Positions 11,044 to 21,509 of a DNA stretch of 64,000 bases are shown piece by piece. The stretch covers positions 124,001 through 188,000 of the forward strand of contig JAANOX010000083.1 of NCBI GenBank assembly GCA_020184695.1. The letters run 5' to 3'. This stretch comes from Histomonas meleagridis 2922-C6/04-290x. Lineage: Eukaryota > Protista > Parabasalia. Every line of letters begins with the position of its first letter. Within the stretch, counting starts at the first letter, position 1. The notes beneath the pieces were generated by a model. The model had not been told where the DNA came from. It worked only from the letters and a program-made list of their open reading frames with translations, and searched no databases. A program made the position numbers and the translations under genes.

Positions 11044-14000
11044 CTAATTGTTTATTTGTTTTCCCTGATCAAGGACTCTTACTTCTGATTCAGGTATTCC
11101 CTGAACTTGCGCAATTTTCGCAACCAACTGTGCGTTTGACATTCCCGGTTCAAGTTCGACGTCGATAATTCTTCCAGTTGTCGTTTTAACCTGAATAACT
11201 CTTCCTCTTGTTTGTTGTTGAGCATCATTACAAAACAAAATTGGCGAAATTTGAGTAAATATTTCGAGTACAGAATCAGCTGAAGACTCAGAGAGACACT
11301 CCTTCACTTCATATGTTACCATTTGTTTCACTTCGTTTCGTGCGTTCTTCCATTTAGATATACTATAAAGATGTTCTATAGTAAAGTTCGACTTCAATGA
11401 ATTATAAATTTCATTACCAAATTCGACTTTAGTTTCATTTCCTAATAAAATTAAGAAATGTTTTAATGCTTCTGACTTATTATCTAATGCTTTAGCGAAA
11501 TTCATAAAATGTTCATTACCAATAACATTAATTGTATCCATAAAGTAAACGAAATTATCAGTTAATACAAGTAATGGTTGAATTGTTTCATTAATCTTCT
11601 TACATATTGAAGAAAGTCTTTGTAAATCTTTTGATTTGTTTTCTTTAAACTTATGTACAACTTCTTCATTTAATGCAGTGCCAATGATTTTATATGGTTT
11701 TGTTGAACGACGACTCCATTCTAATGATACATTAGTAATCTGATTATTATTGCCAAGAATTGTCACTAATTGTTCTTTAGCAATTGCATTAAATTCATTT
11801 TGAAGAGATTTAAATGAAGAAACAAATGAATCAATCAAAGATGAATTATCTGAACTTGCACATAATGTAACGCAAAACTTAAATAATTGTTCACTAAGTT
11901 CAAGTAATGAATTACCATTTAATCGACTAACTATGAATGGAATAATTGCTTCTTGAAGTGTTGAAGCTTCGATATTAATTGATGGTAATATTTCGATTGC
12001 ATATTCCACCATGAAACTATCACTTGAATTTAATGCTTGACAAATGAATTTAGTGATGAAATATTCATATAATGATTTCCATTCATTTGATCCATTTTTA
12101 ATATTAGAAAATCCTTCAATGTTAATATCAACTTTCATATCGGATATAATTTGATTCATTCCAATTGCTCTACGTGCGATTTGTTTGTTGATTAATATTC
12201 CCGAAATTACAGTTAACTCATTTGTATATTTAGAATAACAAATCTCTAATGCGTTACATAATTGTTGTGATGAATTTGTTGGTGTTAAACCAATGTTATA
12301 TAAATTAATATAATATTGTGCAACTGATGAGAAAATTGATTGAGAAACAATTAAAGAATTTGAATTTGTTGCAGCAAATGTAATGAAATCAATACAATAT
12401 TGTGGTGCTTCAATTAATCCAATGATATTATTATTAAGACATAACTTAACTAATGAAGATAAACCATTTTCATTGATTTTACACTTTGATGATTGTGCAA
12501 TATCAAATAAATTCTTCATAAATATTGCTCTATCTTTAACAGAATATATGACTTGTGGTACAATTGTATAAATCAAATTAGAGAAAAGTGGACTTGATAA
12601 TATTTTTGATATTAACTCAACGTCATTATTAAGTAATGCTCTTCGAATGAAAATATCAAATGTAGAAGCAGAAAAATATATATCATATTCTGTTAATGGA
12701 CAAAGTAATGAAAATTGTTCTGAAATCTTAGGCCATATTGAATTACGACGTTTATGACATAATTCTTGGAATATTTTGGTTGATTTATTATAAATTGATT
12801 GACGTGACTTCGTTTGCATAACAAATGTTTCAAATAATTTAATAAGAAATTCATCACTTAAAACTGGTGTTATTAATGTAACAAAATTGGTCAAATTTTC
12901 ATTTAGGAATATTTGTTCTGTTGGAATTGATTCTAATGCTTTAGCAACTTTAAGATATGGACTATATATTAATTGTTCATTTTGAGGTTTTAATAAAGTT
13001 GCAATATATTTTGGTTTTTTCGTTTTTTGTGGTTTTTCTAATTCATTTTCTGAATGGAAATCACGTAAATTATTTTCAGAATTATGTAAATCTAAAGTTT
13101 TTTGATTTTTATTTTGTATTAATTTTGCTTCAACTTCTACTTCATTTTTCAAAACTTCTCTTGATACATCTCTAAGTTCAAATGCAATTGGTTTAGTAAT
13201 ATTTAACTTAAATGTAATTAATGGCGGATTAAATAAAACAGTTGTATCATTTCCACGATAAAAATCATATAAATGAAGAGTTTTAATTAATTCGAATAAA
13301 TTATATGATGAAAATAATTTATAATCGTTTGAAATTGATTTAAAGAATTCATAATTTGTTTTAGAAAATTCAATTTTAGGATTCAAACTCATTTCTACAA
13401 TTTTTTCATCTAAATTATCAAATTTTGGTTGTCTTAATTCAATGTTAATAACATCTGCTAATGATTTCTTTAAAAATGTTTGGAATTGTATCAAGAAAGC
13501 AATTGATGGCTTTTCAGAATTTGCTGGTTTTTGTACTGTTTGTATTTCTTTATAAAAGAATTCTAAACATTTTACATATGATAAGCCACCAATTTTAACT
13601 TTGGGTATTCTTATTATTTCTTCATAATTTAATAATATTTTTGGATCATTCAGTTCTATTTGTTGGTATTGAGAAGTTTCACCAATTTTAATATGTGAAA
13701 CTTTTGTTTTTGATAATGCATCAACCAAATTTTTAACAAATGATTTGTAATCAGTTCTATTAAGAGGATAAACTCGAGTAAATAATGGAGGAACATTCTT
13801 TTGTATTCCTACAATTGTTGCAATTGATTGTGCATAAGGTAAAACTAATTCCAAAACATATGACGCAGTTTCATCTAAATGTGGTAATTCTTCACAATAA
13901 CTTGTGTATATTAAAGAAAGAATTACTTTATGTATTGGTACAAATTTCATTTTTTGAAGAATTTTGTTATATAATAAAGTTGCATATTCTTTAGAACCAT

Positions 14001-15795
14001 AAACAAGTGAACCAACTTCCATTGATATTGGAGTACAAACAACTTCAGAGAGTAATGTCATTTGGAATGATTCATTTTCAGAATGATAAACTTTTAACAA
14101 AAGTTCACACATACGAATATGTGAACCAATTGCTTTTTTCATATATTCCTTATCATTAGAAAATAGGGAATCAATTAATAATTCCATTGTAATTCTTAAT
14201 AAAAATTCAAATCCATCATCAAGTAAACTTGTTTTAGATTCCCAAAACTTACATGTTAATATTTTATATTCAGATAAATGCATTTTTTCTCCTTCAGAAT
14301 TAGTAACAAAACAATGTTCATCAACTTTTACATCATTATCTTTGATAATTAATTGCGTTTTTCTTGGTGATGAAAGTTGAAGAATAGGTGCAGATAATGC
14401 TGTAACGCCTGCAACTTTAACCCAATCAGCAAAATCGTCACTTAATGGATCTCTAACTGATGCAGCAATTAGTTTATCCCTTAAATCTTGATCAATGAAA
14501 TTTAAAACACTTCGATAACCATCACGTGTTCCTTCAAATGCTGATAAAGAACTAACAGGAAAAGTTTGATATGTTGCCCATAAATTTGGTATTAAACGAA
14601 GAAGAAGATCAGTGTATTTACGTAAATCGACTTGAACAATACTTTCACGTGCATCGAAAACAGCATTAATCGTATTAGTTATAATTGAAATTGCTTCATC
14701 GAATGAAAGTAATGAAAATGTTTGATCTGTGTTAGGTTTTAATGTATCAATAACTTTTTGGAATAAAGTTGCTTGCTCTAAATCAATGAAATAATGTATT
14801 ACGTTTTCATTTAATTTCTTAAGTAAATATGGCCAAAATGGTTCATAACGACCTCCAAGTTGACGCATTTTATGAACTTCAAATGCTAAATTATTATCAG
14901 TCATCATTTGGATGGAAAGATCTTTAAGTGCATGTTGTTTAGTATCGCCATTTAATTCAAGTTCACATGCAGGTAAGAAATAAGAATTAACCAATTCTTC
15001 TTTCTTTAGATATTGTTTTAATGTACAAAAAACATCTGCAGGAATCGGTGTTATTATTGATAAAACATCATCAGGATGTTGTTCATGAAATGGTACTTTA
15101 ACTAACATTTGACGAATTTCAATGATTTTCTTTGGATTTAAATCTTTAATAATGTTCAATTTTGTTAGATGCGAATCTTTTTTCAAACTTCTTTCAAGAA
15201 CTGATAATATAACAGGTAATACATCATAACGTCTCTTGAAATCAAAAAATGGAAATGAATCAATATCGTATTCAGTTGCAAATGGTGGAATTTTTACAAC
15301 TGGAAGTTTAACAGTTGTTTTATCAAAATCAAGTAATGATTCAAATATTGGCTCTAAAATAGAAATAGGTAATAATGGAACAACATTTGAAAATTGACTT
15401 AAAATCCAAGAATGTTCTTGAACATTTAGAAAACATTCATGAATTGCAGAAATTTCTTCCTCTGATGGATGTTTTCTAAGTTTCACCAATATATCTGCTT
15501 GTGTTTGGACTCTATCAAGAACAGAAATTAAAAATGATTTTGGCATTTTTGACAATTGATCACGTGTGAAAGAAAATGATTCACTTGGAATAGAACCATT
15601 TAATTCCAATATAGTTTGAAGAAGTTCCTCCCATTTTTCTTCTTGAACAAGAGAATCAACAAGATAATGGCGTTGTGTAATTGGTTGAAATATTTTTTGC
15701 ATGGTTGATGGATTTACTGTTTTGCCAGCTCGGGGGTTTTTAATTTTATCTTCATCACCAATGATATAAAAATCATGTTTGGATGCGCAATTCAT
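11044..15795 (-). CDS. Large hypothetical helical protein with C-terminal ubiquitin-like segment, about 1583 aa
   Basis: Long open frame. The track start at 15873 is GTG and the first ATG is at 15795. The C-terminus RVIQVKTTTGRIIDVELEP..KIAQVQGIPESEVRVLDQGKQINN resembles ubiquitin residues 1-52. Confidence 0.8.
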   Translation of the reverse strand: MNCASKHDFYIIGDEDKIKNPRAGKTVNPSTMQKIFQPITQRHYLVDSLVQEEKWEELLQTILELNGSIPSESFSFTRDQLSKMPKSFLISVLDRVQTQADILVKLRKHPSEEEISAIHECFLNVQEHSWILSQFSNVVPLLPISILEPIFESLLDFDKTTVKLPVVKIPPFATEYDIDSFPFFDFKRRYDVLPVILSVLERSLKKDSHLTKLNIIKDLNPKKIIEIRQMLVKVPFHEQHPDDVLSIITPIPADVFCTLKQYLKKEELVNSYFLPACELELNGDTKQHALKDLSIQMMTDNNLAFEVHKMRQLGGRYEPFWPYLLKKLNENVIHYFIDLEQATLFQKVIDTLKPNTDQTFSLLSFDEAISIITNTINAVFDARESIVQVDLRKYTDLLLRLIPNLWATYQTFPVSSLSAFEGTRDGYRSVLNFIDQDLRDKLIAASVRDPLSDDFADWVKVAGVTALSAPILQLSSPRKTQLIIKDNDVKVDEHCFVTNSEGEKMHLSEYKILTCKFWESKTSLLDDGFEFLLRITMELLIDSLFSNDKEYMKKAIGSHIRMCELLLKVYHSENESFQMTLLSEVVCTPISMEVGSLVYGSKEYATLLYNKILQKMKFVPIHKVILSLIYTSYCEELPHLDETASYVLELVLPYAQSIATIVGIQKNVPPLFTRVYPLNRTDYKSFVKNLVDALSKTKVSHIKIGETSQYQQIELNDPKILLNYEEIIRIPKVKIGGLSYVKCLEFFYKEIQTVQKPANSEKPSIAFLIQFQTFLKKSLADVINIELRQPKFDNLDEKIVEMSLNPKIEFSKTNYEFFKSISNDYKLFSSYNLFELIKTLHLYDFYRGNDTTVLFNPPLITFKLNITKPIAFELRDVSREVLKNEVEVEAKLIQNKNQKTLDLHNSENNLRDFHSENELEKPQKTKKPKYIATLLKPQNEQLIYSPYLKVAKALESIPTEQIFLNENLTNFVTLITPVLSDEFLIKLFETFVMQTKSRQSIYNKSTKIFQELCHKRRNSIWPKISEQFSLLCPLTEYDIYFSASTFDIFIRRALLNNDVELISKILSSPLFSNLIYTIVPQVIYSVKDRAIFMKNLFDIAQSSKCKINENGLSSLVKLCLNNNIIGLIEAPQYCIDFITFAATNSNSLIVSQSIFSSVAQYYINLYNIGLTPTNSSQQLCNALEICYSKYTNELTVISGILINKQIARRAIGMNQIISDMKVDINIEGFSNIKNGSNEWKSLYEYFITKFICQALNSSDSFMVEYAIEILPSINIEASTLQEAIIPFIVSRLNGNSLLELSEQLFKFCVTLCASSDNSSLIDSFVSSFKSLQNEFNAIAKEQLVTILGNNNQITNVSLEWSRRSTKPYKIIGTALNEEVVHKFKENKSKDLQRLSSICKKINETIQPLLVLTDNFVYFMDTINVIGNEHFMNFAKALDNKSEALKHFLILLGNETKVEFGNEIYNSLKSNFTIEHLYSISKWKNARNEVKQMVTYEVKECLSESSADSVLEIFTQISPILFCNDAQQQTRGRVIQVKTTTGRIIDVELEPGMSNAQLVAKIAQVQGIPESEVRVLDQGKQINN

Positions 15796-16845
15796 TGATT
15801 TATTAAATAGTTTAATTGACAAAACCAAACAAGCTCTTTCAATATTGACATAATTGAAAGTTTTTACGTGCACATAGAAATATTCTGAACTGTTTTGTTG
15901 TTATTATAAATAAACCATACAAAAGTCTCCTAGGCCCATTGATACTGATTGAATGGTTGTAAAATAACATTTTGAGAGGTACAAACCGTTGTCAGAAAAT
16001 GATAATCTACCACCGACTATTCAAGAAATGAATTCCAGGATGGTGAGTACCTTCTATGCAATTTAGAGGGGTTGCGGCAAAAGGTCTTCGGTCTCTTCTG
16101 CAGCAATTCCTTTGTTTTTTTCGCACATTATAGGGCTGCGATGATAAAATCTTAGCAGGATTTAAACCTATGCATCGTAATGGTTTTTGAATGACTTTTA
16201 ATCCAATACGATTAATTTCTACATAAAAAGCCAAAATGTCTTTTCGAAAAGACGATAAGTATTCAATATGTTCCTTAGAGTAAAGTTTGGATGGAGTTTT
16301 CCTTTTTCCAAAAAAATTAAAAAGGGAATTATACCTATAAATTGATCTTTTCCTATGCGTCTTCTAATATTCATTTTTACTATAGTAATATATCTATCAT
16401 ATATTGAGATTTTGTGGAATTTTTATTATGATTTTGCATCTGTATTTTCTCAAAAATTGCCCCATAAATTTTATTTAGAATTCACAATTAGACTTAAACT
16501 ATTAGGCCTATCAAATATATTGGTTGTAACTGGAATTTAATGTCTATTTTTGAGAGTTTTTCCTTCAAAAGTTTTCCTTGATTACAAGCAAAATCACTTT
16601 AAAATTGGGAATTTTCTTTCGATCATTTTTTTTCTGTGTTTCAACAATATAAACGAGGGAATTTTTTGACACTTTTCGATAAAAACATTACGTTTCAGCT
16701 TTGTAAACAGCTTCCGATTGCAGAAACAATAAAACATGTTTCAACGAAAGTTATACAAATGAATTGACGGAAAGGCGGCGCGGTTGAATTCTTCTGTATC
16801 GTTTTTGACTGATTTATTAGCAAGTTCCCCCAAGTTTTCTCGCAT

Positions 16846-18513
16846 ATGTGTTCTTTCTTCTTGGTTTTACCCATGTATTTCTTTTGCTTATTACAAATCT
16901 CTCCAAAAAATTCAGGTTCAAAGATTTTTAGTAATCAATTATCTATTTCTCAAACCTTCAAACACTTCCCTTACCTTACTTTAGATTTCAAATGGTATAA
17001 ATATTTAACACACTCAGCCCATAACAAAGAGAGTGTATCCATTAAAGTCACAAATTTTATTATGCAAATAGCGAATGAATCAAATACATTTAATTATATC
17101 ACAGAAGAATATCAGCATCATTCCCATTTATTAAACTTACCTATATCATTTGTTAAACATGATTTCAAATTCTTTTCTTTGGTATTTAATCATTTTTCAT
17201 TAAAAGCTTATTTACCAATTTCAATGAATAATGGCTTCATGAAGAAAATGTTCAAATTCAATGAAACTGCTCAAGTTCTAATGTATAACTTTTTTATTTT
17301 GGGATTTTTTTTATTTTATGAAATCAAATTTTTAATTAATAAAATGAAAACAAATGGAAAGAAAAAACAGAAAAATGTTCTAATTTTTGTTATATTTTTC
17401 ACAAATTCTTATGAAATATTTCATAAAGATAATTCAACACTTTCAATCACAAATTCAAATGATTTTATTGATATTGATCAATATCAAAATAGCACAAAAT
17501 ATATAACTATCAGTGAAAATATTTATTCAATTCCAATTGATTCATTTTCAGGATGGCCTTCAGTTGTTTCAGTTAATTTTGGTAACTCAGTCACAAATAT
17601 TGGAGGTTCAGTGTTTTCTTCATGTTTTAATTTAGAAACGATTATTTTTGGAGAAAATGTTACAACAATTGGTGATTCAGCATTTTCATTGTGTTCATCA
17701 ATCAAAAACATTACAATTCCAAATTCAGTTACAACAATTGGCAGTTATGCATTTGCATCATGTTCTAATTTAAGGATATTAATTCTTGGAAATGGAATAA
17801 GAGAAATTAAAGGTTCAGCATTTGGGAATTGTTATCAACTTCAATGCATTTATTATTATGGAGACAAAGAACCAGAAATTCGTGAAGGTGCATTTTATAA
17901 TGTTTCAACAAGTGTTATCACATATTCAACATATGTAGAGGATCATTTTGGACAATTAGATGTTGTTAGCGAATCCACAGAAGGAATATGCGAACCACTT
18001 CCAACACATTCATTTAGTCAGTCAAATACATTTACTGAATCATTTCAAAGTGATATTTCATTATCATTTTCATATACACTAACAATTACATTATCAATTA
18101 CACATTCATTAACTGTTTATGAAACACAAACGAAAACATTTTCATTATATATAAGCAATTCGACATTTTCATATATTGAAACAGAATTTATTTATTACAA
18201 TTACACGATTGTTATTTATTCGACTTATTATAATTATTATTCCAATTTCTTTACAATGTTTCATACTTCCGATGAAAATTCACCAAATGGAATTACGACA
18301 AATGTTTTGATTGGAATTATTTGCGGATCATTTGCATTTGTTTTGATCATTGTTGGAATTGTTATATTTTTAGTGAAAAGTAATAATAAGAAAGAAAAAT
18401 CGATTTCAAATTTACAATTTAAGGACACGACAACATCAAGTACAAAGCAAATCGAAGAAGTAAATAGTTTAGTTGAAGATATTGTGAAAGAAGATGAAGA
18501 CAATTGGCTATGA
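16846..18513 (+). CDS. BspA-like (TpLRR/LRR_5) surface protein, copy 1
   Basis: Repeats of xxFGxxVTxIGxSAFxxC, a Ser/Thr-rich stalk, a C-terminal TM (VLIGIICGSFAFVLIIVGIVIFLV) and an acidic tail. Confidence 0.88.
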   Translation: MCSFFLVLPMYFFCLLQISPKNSGSKIFSNQLSISQTFKHFPYLTLDFKWYKYLTHSAHNKESVSIKVTNFIMQIANESNTFNYITEEYQHHSHLLNLPISFVKHDFKFFSLVFNHFSLKAYLPISMNNGFMKKMFKFNETAQVLMYNFFILGFFLFYEIKFLINKMKTNGKKKQKNVLIFVIFFTNSYEIFHKDNSTLSITNSNDFIDIDQYQNSTKYITISENIYSIPIDSFSGWPSVVSVNFGNSVTNIGGSVFSSCFNLETIIFGENVTTIGDSAFSLCSSIKNITIPNSVTTIGSYAFASCSNLRILILGNGIREIKGSAFGNCYQLQCIYYYGDKEPEIREGAFYNVSTSVITYSTYVEDHFGQLDVVSESTEGICEPLPTHSFSQSNTFTESFQSDISLSFSYTLTITLSITHSLTVYETQTKTFSLYISNSTFSYIETEFIYYNYTIVIYSTYYNYYSNFFTMFHTSDENSPNGITTNVLIGIICGSFAFVLIIVGIVIFLVKSNNKKEKSISNLQFKDTTTSSTKQIEEVNSLVEDIVKEDEDNWL

Positions 18514-19230
18514 ATAAAATGTGTAATAATAAAATTTTTTAAATTTAATTTTTATAAACTAATACAAAATTATTTTGTTGTTACATAAATTAAATGAAAT
18601 CATATAAACGATATTATCATTTTGACTTTTTAATGTTTTTCATTGAATTGTTTTAATAAGAAATTTTGAATTTTGAAGATGTATAACTGTCTTTAAATAT
18701 AACAAGGTAATATTGTTTGAACACCGATTAGATTTGAATTATGATCACATTTACACTAAATGTTAGCTCTTTTTGAATGAAATTTGATGAATTTTACTCG
18801 GATTGATATATCTTATAATCAGGAAATATTTCTTTCTTTGAAGATACATTACAGGATTATGTACATCAAGCTTATTTTATTAAATAATAGACTTAAAATC
18901 TAATAATAAAAGAATAACCAATGTATTAAAAAAGAATAAATTTTTATGATGACAAAAACGATATAAATATATGAAAGACATATCAAATTAAAGCATAAAT
19001 ACAGCTCTATTATAACATACGTTCATTATGTTATTTAAAAGTGTGTTCATAATGTTTTAAAGTCGTTCCTTTGATTGTCATTCTAAAATGGTAATTCAAA
19101 TATTTCTAAGTTGATGTCAAAAACTATAATTATACAACAGGGCTTTTAACGTTTAACCGTGAGATTATAAACTTTTGAGATAGCCGATGTATATTTGGTG
19201 AAGGTCTATAAGTATATTACAAGCTGAAGC

Positions 19231-21013
19231 ATGAGAATCTTTCTTTTGTTACGCATTTTGCTCACGACGAAGCGATTTAGAACTGATATAAAGCTTATTA
19301 CACCTTATACTATTCAAAAAGAAATATTACAAATACAAAAAGACAAAAGCAAGGAAGGAATGACTTATCAATGTGATAGAGAAGTATTAAATAATGAAAT
19401 TATGATCAAAAAATCTAAAAGATTTAACAATAATTATTATGAAGTTTTGATCAGAAACTTATATTTAAATTCAAGGTCTAACAACAAATCTACAGCAATG
19501 ACACATCATGATTTTAATAACAAACAAAATTCTCAAAGAACATATTTTTCAAGCATTTTGAAAAGAGACTTTGAAATCAAGATATTTGTCGATGACGGCA
19601 TACTTGATAAAGCTATGAACAAATGTTATGAAGATATATCTTTTCTAAAACGTGAATTTTCACATTTTTTGATGATGCGAAACGACAACAAAGAAGGACC
19701 AAATATTTTCAATGTTTTACTTCATTTAACCTTCATTTTTTCAATGATATTTTCGGTTATTTATATCAAATTTTATCAGAAAAACACAATTCTAATTCAG
19801 AAAATATTGACGACCAAATATATATTGAAAGTAAAAGAAAAGAAAAAAATTGAAAATATTTTCATTTCGATTTTTGTTATATTTTTCACAAATTCTTATG
19901 AAATATTTCATAAAGATAATTCAACACTTTCAATCACAAATTCAAATGATTTTATTGATATTGATCAATATCAAAATAGCACAAAATATATAACTATCAG
20001 TGAAAATATTTATTCAATTCCAATTGATTCATTTTCAGGATGGCCTTCAGTTGTTTCAGTTAATTTTGGTAACTCAGTCACAAATATTGGAGGTTCAGTG
20101 TTTTCTTCATGTTTTAATTTAGAAACGATTATTTTTGGAGACAATGTTACAACAATTGGTGACTCAGCATTATCATTGCGTTCATCAAACAAAAACATTA
20201 CAATTCCAAATTCAGTTACAACAATTGGCAGTTATGCATTTGCATCATGTTCTAATTTAAGGATATTAATTCTTGGAAATGGAATAAGAGAAATTAAAGG
20301 TTCAGCATTTGGGAATTGTTATCAACTTCAATGCATTTATTATTATGGAGACAAAGAACCAGAAATTCGTGAAGGTGCATTTTATAATGTTTCAACAAGT
20401 GTTATCACATATTCAACATATGTAGAGGATCATTTTGGACAATTAGATGTTGTTAGCGAATCCACAGAAGGAATATGCGAACCACTTCCAACACATTCAT
20501 TTAGTCAATCAAATTCATTTTCTAATTCGAATACATTTACTGCATCACTTCAAAGTGATATTTCATTATCATTATCATTTTTCATATACATTAACAATTA
20601 CATTATCAATTACACATTCATTAACTATTTATGAAACACAAACGAAAACATTTTCATTATATATAAACAATTCGACATTTTCATATATTGAAACAGAATT
20701 TATTTATTACAGTTATACGATTGTTATTTATTCGACTTATTATAATTATTATTCCAATTTCTTTACAATGTTATACACTAATGATAATGATAACAACAAT
20801 CAAAACAATGATAATAAAACAACAATTATTATCATTTCAGTTTGTGTAATTGTTATAGCAATAGTTATTATCACATTATTAATTATATTTTTGAAACATA
20901 TCCGAAATAAAAAAGTTTTTTTACTCAGCGACGTGAGGCTAAATAAACCAATAGAACTTTTTCATTGCTTCATGAAAATGAAAATGCTTTCCATGCATTC
21001 TATGCATTTATGA
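19231..21013 (+). CDS. BspA-like surface protein, copy 2, frameshifted in the stalk
   Basis: Near-identical to copy 1 from 19870 onward. An extra T in the run at 20578-20582 splits it into ORFs 19231-20634 and 20447-21013; the second carries the stalk end and TM. Confidence 0.8.
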
Positions 21014-21509
21014 AATAGAATTTAAATATTTTCACTTTCAATATATTTAATAAAAACTCCATATAGTTGTGGTGCTTTTCAAGGAAAGATTATAGTGTGT
21101 TAATATAAATATTTATAAGATATAACTAAGTAAAAATCAATTTATTTTCTAATTTTGATTTCAAAATAGATAAGTGATAAAAAATAGTTACATTGCATAT
21201 ATGTCATCAATAATTGATTAAACATTTTGAAATATAATTTTATAAAGAATGAATAATTAAAATAGGTAGCGACACACACAAAAAGAAAATATCTTGTTTG
21301 TCTTCAAAACAAATTGCAAGTATTAATCAAAAACAGTCCCTATGAGTATTACCAGGCAGAATGAGAACAAACATTCGAACATATTTTATAATATTAGAAA
21401 ATAATTGTTTCGAAACAATAATGAAATTAGATGTTTTATATTTAAAAAAACAGAAGTGGAATATACTGATGTTTAATTAAAGTTTCATACTTTTTCACCT
21501 CTTCAGCTA

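Noticed and set aside
14726-14737. CCTAACACAG on the minus strand resembling the trichomonad intron branch/acceptor motif
   Set aside because: Imperfect match inside an uninterrupted ORF with no need for splicing.
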